Source: Trueperaceae bacterium
GTDB lineage: Bacteria; Deinococcota; Deinococci; Deinococcales; Trueperaceae
Assembly: GCA_034521815.1 (NCBI GenBank)
Contig: JAXHLW010000013.1
Span: forward strand, 1,696,001 to 1,760,000
Direction of reading: 5' to 3'
DNA length: 64,000 nucleotides
The notes under the pieces were generated by a model. The model searched no databases, was not told where the DNA came from, and worked only from the letters and a program-made list of their open reading frames with translations. Position 1 is the stretch's first letter; the number at the start of each line of letters is the position of its first letter. Below are positions 8,806 to 17,977 of this stretch, piece by piece. Position numbers and translations under genes: made by a program.

Positions 8806-11229
8806 TTACACGCCGTACGGCACCCACACGTTCTTCACCCGGTAGCTGCGCCTGAGCCAGGCACCGCCGTAGGCGTCCGCCTGGTCGAACCAGTCGATCC
8901 GCCGGCCCTGGTTCGTCCAGGTGGGCTTGAGGTTCCCGGCCGAGAGCCGCTCGACCTCGGCGCCACCGTCGGCCGAGCCGACGTACCACATCGCCTGCAC
9001 GTCGTCGTGGCCGGCCAGGACGCTAGCCAGCTCGTCGCGAGCGCCGGTGACGAGGTTCAGCGCCCCGCCCGGCAGATCGCTGGTGTCCAGCACCTGGTAC
9101 AGATCGGTCGCGGCCAGCGGCCAGCGCGGCGAGGGGACCGCCACCACCCGGTTGCCCAGCGCCAGCAGCGGCGCCGCCATCGACACCAACGCCAGCAGCG
9201 GCGCTTCGTCCGGGCAGGCCACGCCCACCACGCCCAGCGGCTCCTTCATCGCCAGCGTCACCGCGCGCGCGGGGACCTGATGCACGTCGCCGTCCATCTT
9301 GTCCGCCCAAGCCGCGTAGGCGAACAGGCGCTCGACCGCCAGGCGCACCTCGGCGTGCGCCTTGGCGCCGTTCGTGCCGGTCAGGGCGCGGACGCGGTCC
9401 GCGAACTCGTCCTCGCGAACCGCCAGGTTCTCGGCCAGGTAGTAGAGAACCTGGGCTCGAGCGTGCGCATTCGCACCGCTCCAGGCGGTCGCCTTCCGCG
9501 CCGCCTCGACCGCGTCGCGGACGTCCTTGCGACTCCCCAGGCCGGCCTCGCCGAGGTGCGTCCCGTCCGCGCCGACGACGGCGTAGACGTAGTTCCCGTC
9601 CGGCCGCCGCTGCTTGCCGCCGATGTAGAGCTTGGCGGTGCGATCGATGGTCGGGCCGTCATCGCGGGCGGTCGCCGAGGCACCCGCCGGGTCGGGCGCC
9701 GCGCCGACGCCCGCGGTCGGCGGCGCTGCCAGCTCACCGTCGTCGTAAGCGGGCCGACGCCGCTCCAGCGACGACGTCAGGTACGCCGTCATCCCCTCGC
9801 GCCCGCCCTCGCGGCCGAAGCCCGACTCGCGCACGCCGCCGAAGCCGGCAGCGGCGTCGAACTGGTTCGTGCCGTTGATCCACACCACCCCCACCTCGAG
9901 CTTCGGGGCGACGTGCAGGCACAGGTTCACGTCCTCGCTCCAGACGCTGGCGGCCAGGCCGTAGCGGCTGTCGTTGGCCATCTCGACCGCCTCGGCCGGG
10001 GTGCGGAAGGTGGTGCTCACCAGCACCGGCCCGAAGATCTCGACCTGGGCCAGCGTCGAGGCGGGATCCACGTTCGTGAACAGGGTCGGCGGGAAGAACA
10101 GGCCCTCCTCGGGCACGGCCCACGACGGCTGCCAGCAGACCGAGCCCTCGGCCTCCCCGATGGCGCACAGCTCGCGGATCCGCTCCAGCTGCACCGGCGC
10201 GACGATGGCGCCCATGTCGATCGCCTTGTCCAGCGGGTTCCCGACCCGCAGCGTCTCCATCCGGCGGCGCAGCCGATCCAGGAACTCGTCCGCGATGCCC
10301 TCCTGCAGCAGCAGGCGGCTGCCGGCGCAGCACACCTGGCCCTGGTTGAACCAGATCGCGTCGACGACCCCTTCGATCGCTCCGTCGATGTCGGCGTTCT
10401 CGAACACCACGAACGGCCCCTTGCCGCCCAGCTCCAGGGTCAGGCCCTTGCCGCTCCCGGCGGTCGCCTCGCGGATCCGGCGACCGACCTCGGTCGAGCC
10501 GGTGAACGCGACCTTGTCGACGTCCGGGTGCGCGACCAGCGCGGCGCCGGTGGCGCCGTCGCCCGTCACGACGTTCAGCACGCCGTCCGGAAGGCCCGCC
10601 TCGCGCGCGATCTCGGCGAACAGCAGCGCCGTGAGCGGGGTGTGCTCGGCCGGCTTCAGCACCACCGTGTTCCCCGCCGCCAGCGCCGGCGCGACCTTCC
10701 ACGACAGCATCAGCAGCGGGAAGTTCCAGGGGATCACCTGGCCCGCGACGCCCAGCGGCTCCAGGCCGGGGAAGCTCTCGTCACGCAGCTGCGCCCAGCC
10801 GGCGTGGTGGTAGAAGTGCCGAGCCACCAGCGGAACGTCGATGTCCCGGCTCTCCCGGATCGGCTTGCCGTTGTCCAGCGTCTCGAGCACCGCCAGCAGA
10901 CGGGCGTGCTTCTGGACGTGGCGCGCGACGGCGTACAGGTGACGGGCCCGCTCGTGGGGACGCAGCGCGGCCCAGGCGGGAAAGGCGGCCCGCGCCGCCG
11001 CGACGGCGCGAGCCACGTCGGCCTCGCTGCCCTGCGTCACGGTGGCCAGCGCCTCGCCGGTGGCCGGGTCGCGGGTCTCGAACGTCGCGTCGCCGGGCGC
11101 CTCCGGGCGTCCCGCGACGAAGTGGCCGAACGCGCGGCCCTTGTCGTCCAGCCAGGCGTTCGCGTCGGCGGCGCTCTCGGGGGCAGGGCCGTAGTCCATG
11201 GTGTCGAAGATCTCCCTCACGGTCGGCAT
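8806..11229 (-). CDS. Long (807 aa) aldehyde dehydrogenase, ALDH16-like, with a duplicated C-terminal Rossmann-like domain
   Basis: IPWNFP, FTGSTEVG, LELGGK (catalytic Glu), GQVCCAGS (catalytic Cys) and EIFGPV. A second truncated ALDH-like half follows a low-complexity linker. Confidence 0.92.
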   Translation of the reverse strand: MPTVREIFDTMDYGPAPESAADANAWLDDKGRAFGHFVAGRPEAPGDATFETRDPATGEALATVTQGSEADVARAVAAARAAFPAWAALRPHERARHLYAVARHVQKHARLLAVLETLDNGKPIRESRDIDVPLVARHFYHHAGWAQLRDESFPGLEPLGVAGQVIPWNFPLLMLSWKVAPALAAGNTVVLKPAEHTPLTALLFAEIAREAGLPDGVLNVVTGDGATGAALVAHPDVDKVAFTGSTEVGRRIREATAGSGKGLTLELGGKGPFVVFENADIDGAIEGVVDAIWFNQGQVCCAGSRLLLQEGIADEFLDRLRRRMETLRVGNPLDKAIDMGAIVAPVQLERIRELCAIGEAEGSVCWQPSWAVPEEGLFFPPTLFTNVDPASTLAQVEIFGPVLVSTTFRTPAEAVEMANDSRYGLAASVWSEDVNLCLHVAPKLEVGVVWINGTNQFDAAAGFGGVRESGFGREGGREGMTAYLTSSLERRRPAYDDGELAAPPTAGVGAAPDPAGASATARDDGPTIDRTAKLYIGGKQRRPDGNYVYAVVGADGTHLGEAGLGSRKDVRDAVEAARKATAWSGANAHARAQVLYYLAENLAVREDEFADRVRALTGTNGAKAHAEVRLAVERLFAYAAWADKMDGDVHQVPARAVTLAMKEPLGVVGVACPDEAPLLALVSMAAPLLALGNRVVAVPSPRWPLAATDLYQVLDTSDLPGGALNLVTGARDELASVLAGHDDVQAMWYVGSADGGAEVERLSAGNLKPTWTNQGRRIDWFDQADAYGGAWLRRSYRVKNVWVPYGV

Positions 11230-11265
11230 GTCGGCTCCTAAATCGCTGCGGTCAAGTCGCTTCGG

Positions 11266-11832
11266 TCAAGTCTCTGCGGTGGCGTCGCGGCCGGCGCGCC
11301 ACTCGTCGCGCAGCAGGGCGTAGACGGCGTGGTCGTACCGGTGTCCGCTCCGGAGCCCGACCTGGCGCAACACGCCTTCCTGCCGGAAGCCCAGTCGCTC
11401 GGGGACGGCCCGGCTGCGGTCGTTGGCGGGGTCGGCACGGATCTCGACGCGGTTCAGGTCCATGGTGCCGAACAGGTGGGGCAGCAGGCCGGCCACCGAG
11501 CGCGTCACCAGGCCGCGTCCTTGCGCGTCCTCGTCCAGCCAGTAGCCCATCTCGGTGACGCCTTCGGGACGGGTGACGAAGTGGAGACCCAGCGTCCCGA
11601 CCAGCCGGCCCTTCTCCACGATGCCGCACTCGAACCCGTTCCCCGCGGCGAAGCGGCGCAGCCCGTCCTCGATGAACGCCCGCGTGTCGTCCGGTCCGCG
11701 CGTGCCCTCGGTCCACGGGAACCAGCGTTCCAGGAGATCGCGGTTCGCCTCGACCAGGTCGTACAGCGCCTCGGCGTCGCGCCGCTCGTACAGGCGCAAC
11801 GCCAGGTCGTCGTCGATCGCCACGGCGAACAT
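11266..11832 (-). CDS. GNAT family N-acetyltransferase (RimJ/RimL-like)
   Basis: ATG overlaps the deoC stop (TGATG). EMGYWLDEDAQGRGLVT, N.RSRAVPERLGFRQEGVLRQ. Confidence 0.9.
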   Translation of the reverse strand: MFAVAIDDDLALRLYERRDAEALYDLVEANRDLLERWFPWTEGTRGPDDTRAFIEDGLRRFAAGNGFECGIVEKGRLVGTLGLHFVTRPEGVTEMGYWLDEDAQGRGLVTRSVAGLLPHLFGTMDLNRVEIRADPANDRSRAVPERLGFRQEGVLRQVGLRSGHRYDHAVYALLRDEWRAGRDATAET

Positions 11833-12815
11833 CAGGCGAGGGGCTGCCGATGGCCGGCGGCGTAACGGCCGGTGACGTGGTGCTCCAGCTGACGCTCGAT
11901 GTCGCCCAGCAGGCTCGACGCGCCGAAGCGGAACAGCTCCGGCGTCAGCCAGGCGTCCCCCAGCTCGTCCTTGATCAGCGCCAGCCAGGCCAGCGCCTCC
12001 TTGGCGGCACGGATCCCGCCGGCCGGCTTGAACCCGACCTTCGCGCCGGTGCGGTGATGGTAGTGACGCACCGCGCGAGCCATGGTGAGGCCCACCTCCA
12101 GGGTGGCGTTGACGGGCTCCTTGCCGGTGCTGGTCTTGACGAAGTCGGCGCCCGCCATCATGGCGACCATCGACGCCTTGTGCACCTCCTGCAGCGTGCC
12201 CAGCTCGCCGGTCGCCAGGATCACCTTCAGGTGCGCCTCGCCTACGGCGCCTCGGAAGGTCGCGACCTCGTCGTACAGCGCCTCGTAGCGTCCGGTCAGC
12301 ACGTGCTCGCGCGTGATGACGACGTCGATCTCGGCGGCGCCCTGCTGCACGGCCCAGGCCACCTCGGCGGTGCGCTGCGCCATGGGCATCAGGCCGCTCG
12401 GGAAGCCGGACGCCACCGACGCGACCGGGATCCCCGAGCCGGCCAGCGCGGCGACGGCGTGGGGAACCATGGTCGGGTAGACGCACACGGCGCCGGTCGT
12501 GATGCCGGCGTCCCCCATGCCGAGGGCCTCGAGCAGGTCCTGGCGCACCGGCTGGCGCGCCTTGGCGCACAGGCGCCGCACGCGACCGGCGGTGTCGTCG
12601 CCGGCCAAGGTGGTGAGGTCGATCATCGTCACGGCCTTCAGCAGCCACGCCGCTTGCCACGCCTTCTTGACGCTGCGCCTGGCCGGCAGCGTCGCTGCGC
12701 GGCGCTGGCTGGCCGAGCGGTTGACGCGTGCGTCCTCGAACCAACCGGGGTCGAACGGCACGCCGACGTTGCGCACCTCGGCGCTCTCGGCTTGCCGGGA
12801 TCGTGTCTGGGTCAT
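11832..12815 (-). CDS. deoC: Deoxyribose-phosphate aldolase (long type)
   Basis: IDLTTLAGDDT, AVCVYP, GAAEIDVVI, LKVILATGEL, GADFVKTSTGK, GFKPAGGI and FRFGASSLL. Confidence 0.95.
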   Translation of the reverse strand: MTQTRSRQAESAEVRNVGVPFDPGWFEDARVNRSASQRRAATLPARRSVKKAWQAAWLLKAVTMIDLTTLAGDDTAGRVRRLCAKARQPVRQDLLEALGMGDAGITTGAVCVYPTMVPHAVAALAGSGIPVASVASGFPSGLMPMAQRTAEVAWAVQQGAAEIDVVITREHVLTGRYEALYDEVATFRGAVGEAHLKVILATGELGTLQEVHKASMVAMMAGADFVKTSTGKEPVNATLEVGLTMARAVRHYHHRTGAKVGFKPAGGIRAAKEALAWLALIKDELGDAWLTPELFRFGASSLLGDIERQLEHHVTGRYAAGHRQPLA

Positions 12816-12882
12816 CGGGTACCGCCTCCGAACGGGGAGTTGCCGAGAGCATACCGCCGAGCGAGGCTAGACTGGACGGCGC

Positions 12883-15800
12883 ATGCCGACCCTCGTCCCA
12901 GACGACCTCACAGGCGCCTACCGGCGGGAGGGCCTCGAGCCCACGCTTCGTCACCTGGTGCGCGAGAGTCGCCAGACGTCCGCGCCCCTTTCGCTGGCGA
13001 TGGTCGACGTGGACCACTTCAAGACGCTCAACGACGGGTTCGGGCACAGCGTGGGCGACCGGGTCCTCCGCGACGTGGGCCAGCGACTTCGGTCCGCGCT
13101 TCGCGACGAGGATCTGGTGTTCCGGTACGGGGGCGACGAGTTCGTCGTCCTGCTGCCCGCGACCTCCCTGGAGGACGCGGCGGCGGTGCTGGAGCGGGTG
13201 CGCGGACGGGTCCGCGACCGCGCCATCGACGCCGGACCGGAGGTTCGCGTCCACCTCAGCGTCGGCGTCGCCTGCAGCGACGACGTCGTGAGCGAAGGCG
13301 TGCCGGCCAGCCTGTTCGACCGGGCCGACGCCCGCCTGCTCCGCGCCAAGCGGCGGGGCCGTGACAGGCTCGTCTGCGACGACGGCAACGACGCGCCAGG
13401 CGCGCTCCCGCACGTCCGTCTGCTGGGGCGCGACGCCGTCGTGGCGAGGATCGAGGCGTACCTGGACCGACCCCGCGAGGCCGCCTCCTCGGCCGGCGCG
13501 CTGCGGCTGGTGGGGCCTGCGGGCGTGGGCTTCACGCGCCTTCTGGACGAGGCGGCCACGCGAGCGGAGCTGCGTGGCCGCTCGGTGCGGCGCGTGAACG
13601 GCTCGGCGGCGCGGGAGGGCGTGCACCTCGGCGCGCTCGACGGCTCGCTGGTGCCGGATCGCCTCGCTCCTGATCGTTTCGAGCGGGACGCGACCGAGGA
13701 CCGGGTGCTCGCGGCTCTCCGCGACGAAGCGGAGGGGTCCGGACTGCTGCTGCTGGTCGAGGGAGGCGAGCGGCTCGACGCGGCCAGCAAGGCGGTGCTC
13801 GCCGAGGTCGCCGCTCGACCCGGATCGTGGGCGATCGAGGCGTGCCCGGACGGCGCGCGGGCGGCCTTGCCGGCCGGCGAGCTGGCCGAGGTCGCGCCGC
13901 TGTCGCCCCGGCAGTCGGAGGCGTGGCTGCGGGCGCTGTTGGGCGGCAGCGTCAGCGACCAGGTGCGCGAGGCCGCCGCGCGCGTCGGCGCGGGCTTGCC
14001 CGGACCGACGGCCCGCTGGCTGCGACGCGGCCGCCGCAGCGGTGCGCTGGTCGAGAGCCCCGACGGCTGGTCGTGGGACGAGGATCGAGAGCCGCTGGAT
14101 CCGTCCCCTGACCGTACGGCGTACGAGGTGCGCGTTCCGCGTTGGGAGACGCCGCTGATCGGCCGCACGACCCTGCTGGAGCGACTCCGTGTCGAGCTGG
14201 TCCAGGAGCGCCTCGTCGTGCTGACCGGCCCCGGCGGAATCGGCAAGTCCCGCCTGGCCGCGCAGCTCGCGCACGAGCTGGCGGCCAGCGCGCCGGGCGG
14301 GACCGACTGGGTGGACCTGAGGTCGGTGACGCGCGGCGCCGAGCTGGTGCCCACGATCGCCCGCTCGCTGGGGCTCGCGCCCGTCACGGGGGCGCCGGCC
14401 CTGGGCCGGCGATTGGGCCACGACCGACGGCGCATCGTGCTGGACGACGCCGACCGCATCGCCGGCGAGCCCGGCGCGGTCAGCGAGCTGCTCGCGGCCG
14501 CACCCGGCCTGACGCTGCTGGTCACCTCGCGTCGGCCCCTGCGGCTCGACGCCGAGCACGTCGTCGAGGTGGACGGCCTGACCGACCGCGATCAGGCGGC
14601 CACGCTCCTGCGTCGGCGCATGCATCGCGCCGGGGGCGCGACCGCTCCGCTGGACGACGATACGGAAGCCGCCCTGCTGGACCATCTCGGCGGCAGCCCG
14701 CTGGCGATCGAGCTGGCCGCGGCGTGGACGCGCATCCTCGCTCCCCCGGACCTGGTAGCGGCGCTGCAGCGTAGGCCCGGACTGCTGGGCGAGGCGCCCG
14801 GCCTGCGCTCGCGCGCGGCCCGGACGATCGACCTCACGAGCGAGCTGATGTCCGCGGCCGAGCGCGAGGCGGTCGGCACCCTGGCGCTCCTCGACGACGG
14901 ATTCGAGGCCGAGGAGGCGCGCCGGGCGGTGGACGCGTCCTCGTTCCTGCTGCTGGCGCTCCTCGACCGCGCCCTGCTTCGCCGCGACGGCGCGCGCTAC
15001 CGCATGCACGCCCTGATCGCCGAGCGGTTCGCGGCCGGGCTGTCCGATCCGGCACGCGCCCGTCAGAAGGTGGCCGCGGCGTACGCCGCGCTGGCCGAGC
15101 GCCTGGACGCGCTCGAGGGCGACGAGCGTTCGGGAGCGGGATTCAGGCGCGTGGACGCCGAGCTCCAGAACCTGCGCCTGGCGTGGGCCGCGTCGCTGGA
15201 GCCGCCGCGACCGGAGAGGCTGTGGCCGCTGGCGCGGCTGCTGCGCGGCTACTTCGACGTGCGCGGGCGGGCGCGCGACGGGCTCGAGACGTTCGGCGCC
15301 GCGGACGAGGCGCTCGCATCGAGCGACGACGCCGAGCTGCGCGCCTGGATCCGCGAGTCGGTCGGGTTGTTCGAGCTCCAGCACGGTCGGCTGGCCGAGG
15401 CGCGGCGAGCGGTCGAGGAGGCGCTCGCGCTGCTGGACGGCGGGCCGCCGACGGCGACCGAGGCGATGGCCCGCAACACGCTCGGGATCGTGCTCGCGAC
15501 GGAGGGCGACACGGCAGGGGCGCACGCCGCGCTGGCCGCATCGGCCTCGCTTCGTCACGCGCTCGGGGACGCCGTGGGCGAGGCGCAAGCGCACGGAAAC
15601 ATCGCGATCCTGGCGGAGCACGCCGGCGACGAGGCTCGGGCGCGGGCAGCGCTACGTGAATCGGCCCAGGCGTACCTCGCCGTCGATCACGCCAGTGGAC
15701 GCGCCCTGGCGTTGGCCCGCCTCGCGGGCGTGGAGCGTCGCTACGACGACGGTCGCCCCGCCGCCGTGCGCGCGGCGTCCGCGTTGGCCCTGGCGGACGA

Positions 15801-16344
15801 GGCGTCCGCGGTCGCCGACGCCATCGGCTTCGTGGCGGGAAGCCAAGCGGCCGAGCGCCAGGCCGCTCTCGCCCTGCTGAGCGCCGGTCGCGCCGACGAG
15901 GCCGTTCCCCGGGCCCAGGCTTCGTATCGGGCCGCGCGTCGCCTGCAGAGCGGCGGTCAGGAACGCGCCAGCCTGCTGCTGCGCGCCCGAGCGTTCACAG
16001 CGGCCGGCCAGCTGAACGACGCCCGCAGCGACCTCGAACGTCTCGACGCGGACCCGCGCGAGGACGACCGGGCCGAGCGTCTGTTGGCGCTGGCCGACCT
16101 GGCGCTGGCCGAAGGACGGCTCGCGGCAGCGGGACGCGCGCTGGGCGCCGTCGTCGCGCTCGGACCGTCCGACTCCGACGCCGAGCGCTCGATCTGGCAG
16201 TCGTCCTCGCTGGCCGCGTGGGAGGCGGCGCTCAGCGGACATGCCGACGCGGAGGAGGCCCGGCGATCGTTCGACGCCGGGCGTCTCGACGGGATCGCGC
16301 CCGCCTCGCGTGCACGGTCCGAACGACGCGGCTCGGACCCCTGA
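12883..16344 (+). CDS. Diguanylate cyclase fused to two P-loop NTPase-like modules and TPR repeats (1153 aa)
   Basis: N-terminal GGDEF domain (DVDHFKTLNDGFGH.VGD, RDED I-site, RYGGDEF). Degenerate P-loop GPAGVGFT, intact GPGGIGKS, LLVTSR, GSPLAIELAA and helical TPR-like C-terminus. Confidence 0.88.
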   Translation: MPTLVPDDLTGAYRREGLEPTLRHLVRESRQTSAPLSLAMVDVDHFKTLNDGFGHSVGDRVLRDVGQRLRSALRDEDLVFRYGGDEFVVLLPATSLEDAAAVLERVRGRVRDRAIDAGPEVRVHLSVGVACSDDVVSEGVPASLFDRADARLLRAKRRGRDRLVCDDGNDAPGALPHVRLLGRDAVVARIEAYLDRPREAASSAGALRLVGPAGVGFTRLLDEAATRAELRGRSVRRVNGSAAREGVHLGALDGSLVPDRLAPDRFERDATEDRVLAALRDEAEGSGLLLLVEGGERLDAASKAVLAEVAARPGSWAIEACPDGARAALPAGELAEVAPLSPRQSEAWLRALLGGSVSDQVREAAARVGAGLPGPTARWLRRGRRSGALVESPDGWSWDEDREPLDPSPDRTAYEVRVPRWETPLIGRTTLLERLRVELVQERLVVLTGPGGIGKSRLAAQLAHELAASAPGGTDWVDLRSVTRGAELVPTIARSLGLAPVTGAPALGRRLGHDRRRIVLDDADRIAGEPGAVSELLAAAPGLTLLVTSRRPLRLDAEHVVEVDGLTDRDQAATLLRRRMHRAGGATAPLDDDTEAALLDHLGGSPLAIELAAAWTRILAPPDLVAALQRRPGLLGEAPGLRSRAARTIDLTSELMSAAEREAVGTLALLDDGFEAEEARRAVDASSFLLLALLDRALLRRDGARYRMHALIAERFAAGLSDPARARQKVAAAYAALAERLDALEGDERSGAGFRRVDAELQNLRLAWAASLEPPRPERLWPLARLLRGYFDVRGRARDGLETFGAADEALASSDDAELRAWIRESVGLFELQHGRLAEARRAVEEALALLDGGPPTATEAMARNTLGIVLATEGDTAGAHAALAASASLRHALGDAVGEAQAHGNIAILAEHAGDEARARAALRESAQAYLAVDHASGRALALARLAGVERRYDDGRPAAVRAASALALADEASAVADAIGFVAGSQAAERQAALALLSAGRADEAVPRAQASYRAARRLQSGGQERASLLLRARAFTAAGQLNDARSDLERLDADPREDDRAERLLALADLALAEGRLAAAGRALGAVVALGPSDSDAERSIWQSSSLAAWEAALSGHADAEEARRSFDAGRLDGIAPASRARSERRGSDP

Positions 16345-16368
16345 CCGCACCGTGCTAGCCTCCGCCCC

Positions 16369-17898
16369 ATGAGCGACGTTGGCGACATCCGCGTGCTGGC
16401 CGGCGGGCGTTTGGCGGGGAGGCCTCCCTCGACCGACGCCGTGGTGATCGAGGGTGACCGGATCCACCAGGTCGGGCGCTGGGCCGAGCTGAAGGGCGAC
16501 GTCCCCGCGGGCGCGGAGGTGGTGGACCTGGCCGGCGCGACGATCCTGCCCGGCCTGGGCGACGCTCACGTGCACATGACCGCCACCGGCTTCCTCGAGA
16601 CCGCCTTGGACGGCACCGACGCGACCGAGGTGGGCGAGATCCTGATGGCGGTCCGAGCCGCCACCCGGACCACGCCGCCCGGCGAGATGGTGCTGGGCCT
16701 GCGGATCGAGCCGGACGACCTGCGCGAGGGGCGTCCGCCGAGCCTCGCGGAGCTGGACGCCGTCGCGCCGGATCACCCGGTCTACCTGCGTCACGTCACC
16801 GGCCACGCCTCGTACGCGAACAGCGCGGCGCTGACGTTCCTGGACTTCCATCCGGGGCGCAACGGCGTCGAGCTCGACGAGACGACCGGCGCGCCGACCG
16901 GACGGCTGGTGGGCCCGGCGACGCAGGACGCCACGCACCGCGCCTACGCCGCGTACAGCCGCCAGGTGGGGTACGAGACGGCGTTGCGCGCCGCCGCGGA
17001 CCGGGCTGCGCGCGCGGGCTGCACCGTCCTCCATGCGCTGGACGATCTGGACGCGGTCCGCACGCTGCTGGCGATCGAGGACGACCTGCCGATCCGCACG
17101 GTGGCCTACCCGCAGACGTTCGATCTGGACGCCGTGCGGGCGCTGGGCCTGAAGCGCATCGGCGGCTGTCACGCCTGCGCGCTGGACGGCGACGTGGACA
17201 TGCGGACCGCCGCGCTGCTGGAGCCGTACGAGGGCCATCCGACCGAGTACGGCGAGCTCTACCACAACGACGGGACGCTGAAAGGATTCGTCCTGGCCGC
17301 GCACCACGCCGGCATGCAGCTGGCGTTCCACGCCGTCGGCGACGGTGCGGTCGAGCAGGCGCTGCGCATGTACGAGGCCGCGCAAGCCTCGGAATCGCGG
17401 CCCGACGCCCGCCATCGGATCGAGCACGCCCAGCTGGCCAGCGACGAGCAGCTGCTGCGGGCCCGCGCTGCCGGCGCGGTGCTGTCGCTGCAGCCGGCGT
17501 TCAACATGGTCTGGCCGCACGACACCTACGCGACGTCGTTCGGCCGGGCGCGGGCCGCCCGGGTGGACCCGCTGGCGTCGGCCGCGCGCGCCGGGCTGCC
17601 GCTGGCCGGCGGCAGCGACTCGACGGTGACCCAGCTGCGGCCCCTCGTCGGCGTGCACGCCGCCGTGAACCACAGCCGCTACGAAGAGCGCTTGGACGTG
17701 CCCGAGGCGCTGGCGCTGTTCTCGAGGGGCGTCGCGTACGCAGCGCACCACGACCGTCATCGCGGCCTCGTCGCGCCGGGGTTCGACGCCGACCTGACGA
17801 TCGTGGACCGCGACCCGCTGGAGGTCGCCCCGAGCGAGCTGGCCTCGCTGGTGGTGCGCATGACGGTCGTTCGTGGCCAGACCGTGTTCGAAGGCTGA
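16369..17898 (+). CDS. Metal-dependent amidohydrolase (Amidohydro_3, YtcJ-like)
   Basis: VVDLAGATILPGLGDAHVH, HAVGD, RHRIEHAQ, GGSDS and GFDADLTIVD. Extended -10 TGCTAGCCT 7 nt before the ATG. Confidence 0.9.
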   Translation: MSDVGDIRVLAGGRLAGRPPSTDAVVIEGDRIHQVGRWAELKGDVPAGAEVVDLAGATILPGLGDAHVHMTATGFLETALDGTDATEVGEILMAVRAATRTTPPGEMVLGLRIEPDDLREGRPPSLAELDAVAPDHPVYLRHVTGHASYANSAALTFLDFHPGRNGVELDETTGAPTGRLVGPATQDATHRAYAAYSRQVGYETALRAAADRAARAGCTVLHALDDLDAVRTLLAIEDDLPIRTVAYPQTFDLDAVRALGLKRIGGCHACALDGDVDMRTAALLEPYEGHPTEYGELYHNDGTLKGFVLAAHHAGMQLAFHAVGDGAVEQALRMYEAAQASESRPDARHRIEHAQLASDEQLLRARAAGAVLSLQPAFNMVWPHDTYATSFGRARAARVDPLASAARAGLPLAGGSDSTVTQLRPLVGVHAAVNHSRYEERLDVPEALALFSRGVAYAAHHDRHRGLVAPGFDADLTIVDRDPLEVAPSELASLVVRMTVVRGQTVFEG

Positions 17899-17977
17899 CG
17901 CTCCGCGACGTGAACGGGACCGCGCGCTACAGTGAGGCGCACGCAAGCCGTTCCAGACACGCTCCCAGGAGGCTCTC

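Noticed and set aside
11833-15621. N-terminal 1260 aa of the 1451-aa minus-strand ORF 11266-15621
   Set aside because: Only the last 188 aa (the GNAT) are real. The rest is out of frame with deoC and antisense to the GGDEF gene.
12883-16344. Avs-type antiphage STAND system
   Set aside because: The effector is a GGDEF domain rather than a nuclease, protease or NADase, and no defence-island context is present.
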